Shown in pieces: positions 49,857-62,300 of a stretch of 64,000 nucleotides of DNA. Origin of the DNA: Azolla caroliniana (lineage: Eukaryota > Plantae > Polypodiophyta); NCBI GenBank assembly GCA_043228905.1, contig JBHGNT010000015.1, forward strand, positions 7,936,001 to 8,000,000, in the 5' to 3' direction. Within the stretch, counting starts at the first letter, position 1. Every line of letters begins with the position of its first letter. The notes beneath the pieces were generated by a model that saw nothing but the letters and a program-made list of their open reading frames with translations, ran no database searches and had not been told where the DNA came from. Made by a program: the position numbers and the translations under genes.

Positions 49857-49983
49857 TGATAACAAAAGATATATATTAAGAGAATATACAATAGTAGCTA
49901 GGAGGCTTAAGACTAGCGTTGAACCGATTTGGTTTGAAATAATGCCTTGTGCCTCCTTTTATAGTGTTCTTAGGAGTACTCCT

Positions 49984-50001
49984 GAAGTTTCTAGAATGTT
50001 C
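49984..50001. promoter_or_regulatory. Four-unit heat-shock element in the chromovirus 5' LTR
   Basis: GAAgtTTCtaGAAtgTTC, ~20 bp upstream of the minus-strand TATAAAA (49957-49963). Confidence 0.7.
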
Positions 50002-50077
50002 TAGAGAAATCTGGAATATACATCAATTTTCTATAGTAAAACTTAAATGAAAATAATATATTTCATATTACAATATA

Positions 50078-50132
50078 TAGTCTAATGGTCAAGAGCTTGA
50101 CCCATGAAACATAAGGTCATGGGTTCAAGTCT
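50078..50132 (+). promoter_or_regulatory. tRNA-like A-box/B-box module in the chromovirus LTR (second copy 44124-44178)
   Basis: TAGTCTAATGG at 50078, GGTTCAAGTCT at 50122 (44 nt). Confidence 0.7.
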
Positions 50133-53100
50133 TACCATATCATGACAGCCACAAGCTTTGGTCATCATCTGGTTGGAACTTGGAAGCGGACACCAGATGA
50201 TAATATATAATGGCTTAGCCAAGTGGCCGGGCTTGGAAGGCGCTCACATGTTTCCCACATGGAGGAGGGTAAGGACGCCCTGAAGCTACCCACATAAGGT
50301 TAATTCCTTCCGAGTGGCCCCATGCCCCATTGGTGCAAACCATAGCTTCCTATACTTTGAGCTAAAATATGACACCTCCCATGCCACCAACTCTAGTCAA
50401 CCAAACCATCACACCATAATACATTTCACGCATGAGCTCGCTGACATCTACTCCCGACATGTTCAAGTCCATCTCTCGTCTTTTGATTCTTCCTTGCCTT
50501 TAGAGAACCTCACTACAGAACTCGCACACACCCTTGACTCAGCAGCAATTAGTAGCTTCCCATACATGAAACACTCCAATCATAGTAGAATAGGGTCTAT
50601 GCCACAGAACAAGTGGTATGACGAGGATTGTAGAGAGTTGTATAGACAACTTAAAGTGTTGTGACTTAGTAGAACTATTTCCTCAGTACATGCTCGAAAA
50701 GAGATGCGCAAGATGACACGTCGTAAAAGACGAGCTTGGGAAGCATCCCAATATTGGGAACTCTACCATATGCTCATGAGTAGGGATTGCACCCTTGCAC
50801 GGAAGAGACTACGGGAACCGCGACCACAAACACCCATCGAGGATCCCAATATTTGGCACACATATATCGAGAGACTCTTCCATGTCCCGAACCAACCACC
50901 CATTCCAATGCCTTTCACACCCCGACCTAACATCGGGACACTTTTCATGACCTCTAGGGTCACGAATGTCATAAAAAAAGTACAGCATAGGAAATCCATG
51001 GACCACACAGGATTGCGAGCCAAGCACATCATATATGCTCGAGAGTGCCTAGCCCCCTTTCTCACTCTAATCTTCAACTGTGCCCATCACAATGGACCAT
51101 GAACACAGTGGCCCCTATACATAAAGGAGGGGACCCAATGGACCCAAATACATATAGGACCATTATGATAGGTCATATGCTCACTAAACTATATGGTGCA
51201 ATAATGGAAGAGGAGCTCAACAATTATATGGAAACATTAAGTCTTCGAGCACCTGAGCAAGCTGACTTTAGACGAGCCTTCTCCACTATTGACCATATCT
51301 TCACACTTAGGTGCTTAATTGACCAAACGAAGGCTCGTAAGAAGAAACTATATTGTTGCTTTGTGGACTTCCGCAAAACTTTTGACACATTTCCTAGGGA
51401 GAAGTTGTTTGATAGACTTAAGAGCTTGGAGATACCAAATAACATTATCTGGGCCATTTATGCCGTATATGAGCAAGTCTCTGGGTGCGTAAGATGCTCA
51501 GATGGCCTATCCGATTGTTTCACTAGCACCATTGGTGTAAAACAGGGTTGCCCCCTATCACCGACTCTTTTTGGGATCTACATTGATGAGATCATTGATT
51601 TTATTGCTCGTAAGGGAGGCAAGGGAGTAGCTATTGGGGATACACAAGTTAGTCTCTTACTCTACGCAGACGACATTGTCTTGCTCTCGGAGTCGGAACA
51701 CGACCTACAAAAGCAGAGTTCAATCTACCCCCGATGTTAGTAGAAGCACGGTTTCAAGTGGTAGTTTTTATTCATCGGATACATAGCCAACCACAAGATA
51801 GGATCTCCCATCGAGCCTTTGAGACATCCCGATCCCTATATGCGTTTGGAGACACTAGATCTTGGTATAACATTGTAGTGAGTTGGTTAGTTGCAAATGG
51901 CATAAACATTAATAACCTACCTCCCCTTAAATAAAACCATGGGACTGATCAAACTCTAATATCTCATGAAGACTGTAATAAAGTGATGTGCCAAGAAATA
52001 TGGCAAATTTACACTTGATATAAATGGATCACCCCACGAGAGCCACTCCCATCTAAAACGTTGTACTATAAAGAACAGTTCTTGCACTTCTCTCAGTTAG
52101 GTTTTATTACATGACCAAGATATCTAGATACATTCTTATCAAATGCACTAAGCGTGGCCATTGGACAACTTAGGATATCATCTCACCAACTTGAGATTGA
52201 GAATGGTCGGGCTAATAGAGTCCCTAGGGAGGAAAGCCTATGTAGGTTGTGCCACATAGAGATAGAGGATGAGTATCACTTCACATGCAAGCGCCCAACT
52301 TATGCCGAGATACGAGTGGAATACCAAGACATATTAATGTCGAATACGAGTGTATAATGGCCGCATTCACACTGTCCCTTTGGATAGCCCAAGTTCGGGC
52401 TATTTCTGTAAATAGTATAAAGGACAGTTGCCCTAGGATAGTCACTATATAAAGTGACTTTGTAACCTTTAGTGAAGGTTGGTTGTCATTTGTAATTGTT
52501 GCTATTAGAATATAACGTTTCCTTTGTGTGTGTGTCTCTCTCTCCCTCTGTGTCTATCTTGCTCATGCATACACAGGTTCTTCTTCGTTACGAATGTTAC
52601 TTGCACTTCCGCATTGACGGCCTTGTCCCCAACATTTGGTATCAGAGCGTTGGAGGTTCTTCAACCCGCTACCGGCCGTCATTGCACAACACAACATTCT
52701 GTTTTCGTTTTCTTTGAAGAACAAAGAAGGGAGAAGAAAAACAAAAAGCTCGCATCTCACTGTGTTAAATCACAAATTGGAGTAAGCCAATCGGTTGTAC
52801 TCTGTTCCTGTGATTGTAAACGTTGGAGGTGAGCTCCTTGAGCAACAACCGACCCAATCGTGCTTCATTCGGTTAAACAACATCCGAATAGGTCACCGGA
52901 CGCTATTCATCCGCTTGCTGTAACCACCCGCTACAGATTGGTCTCCTGGCAACAACCACTTCGTGCTTCAATCGGCTGATCGACATTCGGGAGGATCAGT
53001 TGGATCCGTCCCTCTCATCGTTGCAGTCATCCGAAGCAGAATCAACCCAAACAATCGGAAGCTAACTGGGCTCGCTCTGACTCGGCAACATTCGGGAAGA

Positions 53101-55092
53101 CCAGCCGGCTCTGTCCCTCAAGTTACCGGAGTCACTCCGAGCGAGTTCAGCAACAAGTATCCGAAACCAAACTGACTCGGGTTCAAAACCGACTAGAACG
53201 ATATCAGGTGAGCCAACCGGATGCACCCCACTAAGGTTCGTAGTCAACTCCGAACCGAGCCTTACCAACCGAAACCGAAGTAGATGGCATCAACATCCAG
53301 CTCATCGGAGATGAGTCTAAGGAGGTTCAACGGATCGAACTTCAACTTCTGGAAGGAACAAATGCAGGACTATCTCATGGTCAAGGGTCAGATAGACCCG
53401 ATTGAGAATGAAAATCCTCCAGAAGCATATAAGGCAAACGAGTGGCTAAAGCTGAACAGAATCGTCCGCACCACGATTCAGATGCACTTGTCGGAGTCAG
53501 TGTTACTTCATAGTGCAATCATGCACAACAGCGTTTGAACTTTGGAAAACACTATTGGAAACTTATGAAAAGAAGGTTGCCGCAGAAGATGTATCTAATC
53601 CGGCACCTCTACAACTTGCAGATGAAAGAATCCGATTTGGTTCAGGCACACCTCAACGAGTACGAAAGCATAAGCTCCTAAATCTCGTCTCAGGGGACGC
53701 CAATCGAGGATGAACTCAGAGCAATGATACTCATGAGTAGTCTCCCCTCTTCATGGGAAACTTTCGTTACAACCGTGTGCAATGCTTCAACAGTTTTCGT
53801 TAAGTACTCCGAAGTCACGAGCGCAATCCTGACTGAAGCAGCTCGGAGAAAGTCTTTCGCCAAAGACTCGGCAGATGAAGCTTACGTAGTACAAGGTTCG
53901 ACCGACCAATTGAACAACCGGGGAAGAAGTTCTTCCTGACCGCCGAACAATCAGCGAAGCCGGAGCAAGTCCTGGGACAACCGAATCTGCAACTACTGCA
54001 AGAAACCATGACACATCAAAGCCGACTGTCGGGCACTCAAAGCAAAAACCGACAAAGCTCAGAGAGCGGATCAGAAGAGTAACCAACATGAGGAGGTCAA
54101 CTACGTTGGCTCTTCAGCCGAAATTTTGACGACCGACCCGAACATACTGTCCATAGAGAACCTAGTCGAATCAGAAGTTCTACTTATGACTGAGGAATCG
54201 AGCACATGGCTCCTGGACTCGGGCGCATCGTATCATGTGACACCTCATCAATCTCAATTTCGGCAATACTCGAACCGGCACTCCGACTCAGTTCGAGTTG
54301 GAAACTCGCAGCACTGGGCTATAATCGAAATCGGCACCGTAGAGCTCAATCTTCTAGGGAGGCTCTACACTCGTACTACACAACGTCCGACACATTCCTG
54401 AGCTTTCAAGACCCTTGATCTCGGTCGGACCACTTGACAAAGCCGGCATCCGTGCCGAATTCTCATCAGGAGGGTGGACACTCCATAAAGGGAACCTCCT
54501 ACTTGCTCGAGGACCAAAGGTACATTCCTTGTATCCTTTATATGTCACACTCAAAGAGGGTGACTTATTTTTGGTTGACGTTATGGCACAGACGACTTGG
54601 ACACCTCAGCAAGGCCGGCATAACGTGCTGTGAATAGACGCTTACATTCACCTTCACCACTCGGCCACAACCGAGTAATCGCGAATCAATGCAGCAGAAA
54701 ATAGGAAATACAGAGAAAGACAAGATACACAGGGATTAACGTGGAAAACCCTATACGGGAAAAACCACGGGAGTGCGAGACTCCAAACCAGACTATGCAC
54801 AGAGAAATATACAATGGCGAGCTGCAAGGCAACGACCTTGCGCTCGCTGTCTTCGCCACAGACGGCGGTATTACACAGAGGCAACGACCTCTTCGTCTCT
54901 CTCGCTCTCTCTCTCTCTCTTACTCTCTCGGCTGCTCTCACTCCACATAAAATGAGCAACAACATAAAACTGTTTGCCCTAAGTCATATTTATACACATA
55001 TGACTTTCGGGCTATTTACAAATATAGCCTCAAGGGCTCTTGGCAAACATATTCACAAATATGTCCCCGCATCCGGATCTCCCTCCGGGTAC

Positions 55093-55202
55093 CTTCGTCA
55101 TCCGGCTCCGTAACCGGAGTCTTCATCATCCGGTTCCGTAACCGGAGTCTTCATCATCCGGCTCCGTAGCCGGGGTCTTCGTCATCCGGCTCCGTAACCG
55201 GA
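55093..55202 (-). repeat. Four 28-bp tandem repeats in U3 of the Copia I LTR (copy at 59851-59960)
   Basis: CTTCRTCATCCGGYTCCGTARCCGGRGT units at 55093, 55121, 55149, 55177. Confidence 0.95.
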
Positions 55203-55273
55203 ACCGGGCTTGCCGTCATTCATCTCCGGTGACATCCCATCCGGAGGGACCGAAATCCCAACAAACTCCCCCT

Positions 55274-58200
55274 TCACTTCGGCATGGGATGTCTCTCCAA
55301 TCCAATCCTCTTCCGGCATGCTTCCAGCTTGTCGGGTGTGAGCACCTTGGTCAGCATATCCGACCCGTTCTCGTCCGTGTGGATCTTCGTCAGCACGAGT
55401 TCCTCGTCTTCTATCCTCTCCCGGATCCAGTGGTATCTACGCTGGATATGTTTCGTCCGGGAATGGTAGGCCGCGTTCTTCGCAAGGTGGATGGCACTCT
55501 GACTGTCGCAGTAGAGTCGGTACTCCTCCTGCCGGATACCGAGCTCTCTAATGAAGTCCTTCATCCATATTATTTCCTTGCCGGCTTCAACAGCCGCCAT
55601 GTACTCCGCCTCCGTGGTTGACAACGCAACCGTCTTCTGCAGCCTCGACTGCCACGAAACGGCTCCCCCTGCATACGTCATCACATACCCTGATGTGGAC
55701 CGGCTGGTATCTGCATCAGCCGACATATCCGAATCAGTAAAGCCGTCGAGTTTGGGCTTTCCGGAGCCGAATCGGAGGCACACGTTTGCCGTGCCCTTCA
55801 GATATCGGAGTATCCACTTGATCGCGTTCCAGTGCTCCTTGCCGGGATTGCTCATGTACCGGCTCACCACTCCAACTGCATATCCTATGTCCGGTCTTGT
55901 ACACACCATTGCGTACATCAAGCTTCCGACTGCTGAGGCATATGGCACTTTCATCATATCCTCCTTTTCAGCCTTTGTCTTGGGACTTTGCTTGTTGGAC
56001 AGCTTGCAGTTTGCCGGGAGGGTTGATCCGACCGGTCTTGCTTCCGACATGTTGAACCGGTGAAGCACCTTTGTCACGTACTTTTCCTGTGACAGCCACA
56101 ACTGCTTCTTCTTCCGGTCCCGGATGATGTGCATCCCCAGTATTTGCCTCGCCGGACCCAGGTCCTTCATTAAGAAGGTTCGGTGAAGCGCCCTCTTCAG
56201 CATCCGTATCTTGGCCTGGTCCCGTCCGACGATCAACATGTCGTCCACGTACAGGAGGAGTATTAGAGAGTCTCCTCCTTCGAACTTCTTCACAAACACG
56301 CAGTGATCGGACTGCGTTTTGATGTACCCTTCGTCGGTCATGAAGGAGTCGAACTTCCGGTACCATTGCCGGGGAGCCTGCTTCAGTCCGTAAAGGCTCT
56401 TCTTCAACCGGCATACCAGGTGCTCCTTCCCTTTCTTCTCGAATCCTTCCGGTTGCTGCATGTAGATCTCTTCTTCGAGGTCACCGTGAAGGAATGCCGT
56501 CTTCACGTCCATCTGTTCTACCTCGAGGTCCATGCTTGCCGCTATGCTCAGCACCGTCCGGATGGAGGTCATCTTCACTACCGGGGCAAATATCTCGTCG
56601 AAGTCGACGCCCTTCTTCTGCTGAAACCCCTTCACCACGATCCTGGCTTTGTATCTCGGGGGGTTTCCGGCATCTCCCGGTTTCAGCTTGAACACCCACT
56701 TGTTTCGAAGTGCCCGCTTTCCTTTCGGCAACTCCATAAGTTCATATGTGTGGTTCTCATGCAGGGAATCCATCTCGTCCTGCATGGCACTCAACCACCT
56801 GCGGCTCTGGGTGTCGTGCTTTGCTTCTTCAAAGCTCTCCGGCTCCCCCTCGTCGGTTAGCAGCACGTGCTCTGGTTCCGGAAATCTCCGGGGGGCCCTT
56901 CTCTCTCTTAGGGGATATCTCCGTTCGGGAGCTTCGGTAACCGGTTCTTCCGATTCTTCTTCTTCATCCGAATCCATTTCGGGATCGGGGCCGGTTCCGG
57001 TATCATTTTCATCTTCTTCTTCGGCCGGTTCTGTTTCTCCACCGTCTTCGGCCGGATCCTCGAGTGCTAACCGGTCCCATGCCGGTCGGGACTGCTCCTC
57101 GTAGAGTTGATCCTCACCGGTCGACTTGGAGCTCTTCATCTTCTTCTCCGACTCCCAGTCGGCGAGTGTCTTGTCCTCCATGAAGATGATGTCTCGACTC
57201 CTGAATATCTTCTTGTCAACCGGATCCCATACTCGGTAGCCGAACTCGTCGTCGCCGTATCCGAGGAATATGCATGGCCGGGTCTTTGGATCTAGCTTTC
57301 CTCTCCGGTCCTTTGCCACATGCACGTATGCGAGACACCCGAACACCTTCAGATGCCGGTAGGACACTTCCTTACCGGTCCACACTTTCTGCGGCGTGTC
57401 TCCGTCCAAAGGTACTGAGGGTGATCTGTTTATCACGTATGTCGCCGTCGACATTGCCTCAGCCCAAAACCCCTTGGGTAATTTCGCATGCGCCAGCATA
57501 CTCCGGACCCTCTCCATTATGGTCCGGTTCATCCTCTCGGCCAGCTCGTTCAGTTCTGGCGTCTTCGGCACAGTAAACTCGAGTCGGATTCCCTTCGAGC
57601 GACAGTACTCCTGGAACTGCCCCCGGTATTCCCCTCCGTTATCCGCTCGTATCGCTTTCAGCTTCTTGCCGGATTCCCTTTCCACTCTCGCGTGGAGTTC
57701 TTTGAAGACGGACAATACTTGGTCCTTTGTCTTCAACGGTGCCGTCCACAGCTTCCGGCTGTGATCATCAATGAATGTTACGAAGTACTGGGCTCCGCCA
57801 TGTGACTTCGTTTCTACCTGACACACATCAGTGTGCACCAACTCCAATGGTGCGTTACGTCTCGTCGGTGGTCTTGAGTGGAAAGAGGTCCGGTTTTGCT
57901 TACCGGCCAGGCAGTCGGTGCACTTCTCCAGGTGCACATGCTTCACTGGAATGAGGTTGTCTTCTGCAAGCCTCTTCATCCCCTTCTCACTCATGTGGCA
58001 CAGTCTCTTGTGCCACAGCTCACCGGCAGTGTCGGCTGCCACATTCAGCTCTTCCGGACATAACCGGGCATTCATCAGGTACAGTGTGTTGTCTTTCCGG
58101 GCCCGAGCCACTATCAGGCTCCCTTTGCTGAACTTCATGACACCGTTCCGGATGCTCCCCGTGTAGCCTTCATCATCTAGCCTCCCGGCCGAGATCAGGT

Positions 58201-59353
58201 TCAATCGGACCTCCGGAACGTGTCGCACATCCTTCAGCAGCATCTTGCATCCGGTTGATGTCATCAGCCACACGTCTCCTATGCCGGCTATCCGGCACAT
58301 TCCTTCATTTCCCATCCGGACACAGCCGTGCTCACCGGCTGTGTAGGATGAGAAGTATTTCTTCTCCGGGGTCAGGTGGAACGACGCTCCGGAATCGACC
58401 ACCCAGGTCATCTCTACACCGGCAAGGTTCAGCTCCCTCTCTTCGGTAATAAGCATTATCTCTTCTTCACTTGCCGCGAGTGCCGTCGTTCCTTTCCGGT
58501 CCTGCCCTCGCCGATCCGGACCTCTCCGGTCCGTGGCTCCCCGGTATGCACCGTTTCTCTCCGGTGATTTCTTCGAATCGGTGTCGTCGGCTCCGTTGTC
58601 CTTTCGGTAATGCCGACAATTCTTCCGGAAGTGCCCCGGCTTCCCACAGTGGAAGCATGTTGGCCTTCCTCTTGACTGCGACCGGGTCCCCGACTTCTCC
58701 CGTCTTTGCGGACTCCGGTTCCACTGTCTTCCCCGTTCCGATTCGGTAAGCAGCGCCTTCGAGTCGGAGACCGGTTCTTTATCTCTCCGACGCGCTTCTT
58801 CGTTCAAAATACTTGTCTTTACCGTTTGTAGAGACAAGTTATCTTCGGTGCAGGAGGTGCTGAGAGTCACCACCAAGTTCTCCCAGCTGTCCGGCAATGT
58901 ACACATCAGGATGATGGCTTGCATTGCATCCTCCAACGGGAACTTGATCGCCGCAAGCTGGTTCACGAATCCCATGAACGTGCTTACGTGTTCCACCATA
59001 CTCTCGCCGTCCCGGTACTTGAGGTTCACTATCTTCCTCATCAGGGAGGTCCGGTTCAACGCATTCTTCCTCTCGTAGAGGCCCGACAGCTTCTTCCACA
59101 TCTCATATGCGTTGGTGTCGTTTGCCACATGTTGTAGGACGCTTACATCGACATATTGTCAGATCGTCGCTACGGCTTTCCGGTTCAGGAGCTTCCACTC
59201 CGACTCAAGTACCCCCTTCGGTATTTCCGACCTGTCAATCGGTTCGTACAGGTCCCGAACAATCAGAAGATCCTCCATCTTGATCTTCCAGTCGGCGTAA
59301 TTCTGAGCGTTCAGCACCATCATCCCCGGCTGCCCGCTGCCGCCGCCTTCCAT
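55274..59353 (-). CDS. Copia gag-pol polyprotein with one premature TGA at 59159-59161 (1284-aa ORF 55274-59128 downstream)
   Basis: ATG at 59353 (MEGGGSG..), CFHCGKPGHFRKNC, WVVDSGAS, integrase, LLYVDD, RNase H all in one frame. Confidence 0.93.
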
Positions 59354-62300
59354 TTTCTGCAACAGCTCGCTCTGATACCAGTTTGCTGTGAATAGACGCT
59401 TACATTCACCTTCACCACTCGGCCACAACCGAGTAATCGCGAATCAATGCAGCAGAAAATAGGAAATACAGAGAAAGACAAGATACACAGGGATTAACGT
59501 GGAAAACCCTATACGGGAAAAACCACGGGAGTGCGAGACTCCAAACCAGACTATGCACAGAGAAATGTACAATGGCGAGCTGCAAGGCAACGACCTTGCG
59601 CTCGCTGTCTTCGCCACAGACGGCGGTATTACACAGAGGCAACGACCTCTTCGTCTCTCTCGCTCTCTCTCTCTCTCTTACTCTCTCGGCTGCTCTCACT
59701 CCACATAAAATGAGCAACAACATAAAACTGTTTGCCCTAAGTCATATTTATACACATATGACTTTCGGGCTATTTACAAATATAGCCTCAAGGGCTCTTG
59801 GCAAACATATTCACAAATATGTCCCCGCATCCGGATCTCCCTCCGGGTACCTTCGTCATCCGGCTCCGTAACCGGAGTCTTCATCATCCGGTTCCGTAAC
59901 CGGAGTCTTCATCATCCGGCTCCGTAGCCGGGGTCTTCGTCATCCGGCTCCGTAACCGGAACCGGGCTTGCCGTCATTCATCTCCGGTGACATCCCATCC
60001 GGAGGGACCGAAATCCCAACATAACGCACCTATCCAGAGTCGGCTACATCCCCAAACTCTCCTTCTCGGATCACCAATTCTGCGAGCATTACCAGTACGG
60101 CAAACAGGTAGCCACATCACACCTGACATCAGCACCAAGAGAATCGAGTTCCCTCGATTTGGTCCACTCGGACGTCTGTGGCCCGATGCCACATCAGTCT
60201 CTCGGTGGTGCTTCGTACTTCGTCAGTTTCATTGATGACTCGAGTCGGAAGGTGTGGGCTTATCCCATCCGAACCAAAGATCGGGTGTTCTCGATCTTCT
60301 CTGAATGTCTTGCAATGGTCGGAAACTGAAATGTCTCCGAACCGACAATGGAGGAGAATTCAAGTCTGAAGAATTCATCAAATTCTGCCGGGAACATGAC
60401 ATTCGACGTGAATATATGGCACCCTATAGTCCGGAGCAGAACGGAATTGCTAAACGCATGAATCGGACGATTCAAGAATGCGTAGTATCCATGCTCCAAC
60501 ACTCCAGACTGTCGGATGGCTTCTGGGCAGAGGCTCTACTTACGGCAGTACACATAATAAATATGTCGCCAAGTAGACCTCTAGGACTTCAAATACCTCA
60601 GGAAATATGGACCGGCAGTAAGCCGAATTATGACAAACTGAGGATCTTCGGTTGCGAGGCGTATGCTCTCATACCGAAAGACAACCGCCGGAAACTCGAA
60701 CCAAGGTCAAGGAAATGTGTTTTTCTTGGATATGGACCCGACGGCGAGATCGGATACCGACTCTGGGACCCCAAGCACAGACAAATCATCCGAAGTTTGG
60801 ACATCGTGTTCAACGAGTCGACTATGCATAAAACAGTCGAAAGGCCAATTGAAGTTCGAAGGGTAATACTTTCCAAAGTGCCAACCCTTCATGATGGCCC
60901 AACCCACAACACGAGATCGGTTTCACGGGTAACCGACAACTCTCGCACCGAATCCACCGATTCGGCACAACCGAATGGCTCGGCTCCCGACCATCCGACA
61001 TTGACACCCGGTGCGACTAGTCCAGTCATACCTCGCAGATCCGAGAGACTATCGCAACCTCCAGAGAGGTACTCTCCCGGAATTTTCTTTACCGACGCCG
61101 GCGAACCGATGTCTTACGAAGAAGCATCGGCATTTGCCAATTCAGCCACATGGCATCTGGCAATGGAATCGGAAATGCACTCCATTTAGGCAAACAAGAC
61201 TTGGGACTTGGTCGAATTACCGAAGAATCGACGTGCTCTTCCATGTAAGCAGGTCTATAGACTAAAAGAGACATCTGACTTGACCACCCCAAAGTACAAG
61301 GCCAGATTAGTTGCGAAGGGAATTAGACAAGAATATGGTGTCGACTTCGACAAAATCTTTTCACTAGTGGTGAAAATGACGACCCTCCGTTTTATGCTCG
61401 GCGTCGTGGCCGCCGACAACTTGGAGCTGATTCGGCTAGATGTTAAAACGACATTCCTCTACGGTGACCTACAGGAGGAAATCTATATGGAGCAACCGAA
61501 AGGCTTTGTGGTATCCGGCCAGGAACATCTAGTCTGCCGACTCAGGAAGAGTTTATACGGCCTAAAACAGGCACCCCGACAGTGGTACAAGAAGTTCGAC
61601 GACTTCATCCAGTCAGTCGGCTTCTCCAAGAGTGATGAGGACCACTGTCTCTTCACCAAAACAACTCAAGATGGGTCTCCCGTCTTCCTCATCATCTATG
61701 TGGACGACATGCTACTCTCTGGTCGGCATGTCGGAGAGCTCACCGAACTCGTTCGGCAACTGCGGTTGAAGTTTGCCATGAAGGACCTCGGTCCGGCAAG
61801 ACACATACTTGGTATGAAGATTAGTCGGTATCGCGATACACAACAACCTTTCTTGTCTCAAACCAACTACATCGGACGTGTCTTAGAATGCTTCAACATG
61901 CAATCCGCCAAGTCTGCTTCGACCCTGCTCCCCATTAACCTTCGGCTATCTCAGCGAGACTGTCCGACATCCGGTCCGGAGGGGGAAGATATGAAGTCGG
62001 TACTGTATGCACCGGCAGTCAGCTCCCTCATGTACGCGATGGTCGCGACACGGCCTGATATTTCTCACGTCGTAGGAGTCGTCTGTAGATTCATGCACAA
62101 CCTCGGGCGATCATACTGGAACACAGTCAAGCATGTGTTCAGATATCTAGCTGGCACAAAAGACCACGACATTCTTTTCGGCCCGAACTCAACCTCAGGC
62201 GTAGTCGGTTACACCGACTCGGACTTCGCCGACTATGTGAACAGTCGAAAATCAACAACCGGATATTGTTTCAAATTCGGCAATGGAGCAATCTCGTAGA

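Larger units (their letters stand above)
43764..50147 (-). mobile_element. Full-length decayed chromoviral Ty3/Gypsy (Tcn1-like)
   Basis: LTRs 43764-44193 and 49724-50147, TSD ACCAC/GCCAC, gag CLYCGGPMHIAVNC, RT KIDLRGAYN, RNase H NYEIHDKELLA, integrase, chromodomain. Confidence 0.94.
54626..60021 (-). mobile_element. Very young full-length Copia element I (Tnt1/Tork-like)
   Basis: 638-bp LTRs 54626-55263 and 59384-60021, perfect TSD TAACG, Met PBS 59369-59380, PPT 55266-55274. Confidence 0.97.

Noticed and set aside
59159-59161. Programmed stop-codon readthrough in Copia I (TGA CAA)
   Set aside because: It lies early in gag at a likely Arg codon; CpG deamination is simpler unless sibling copies share the stop.
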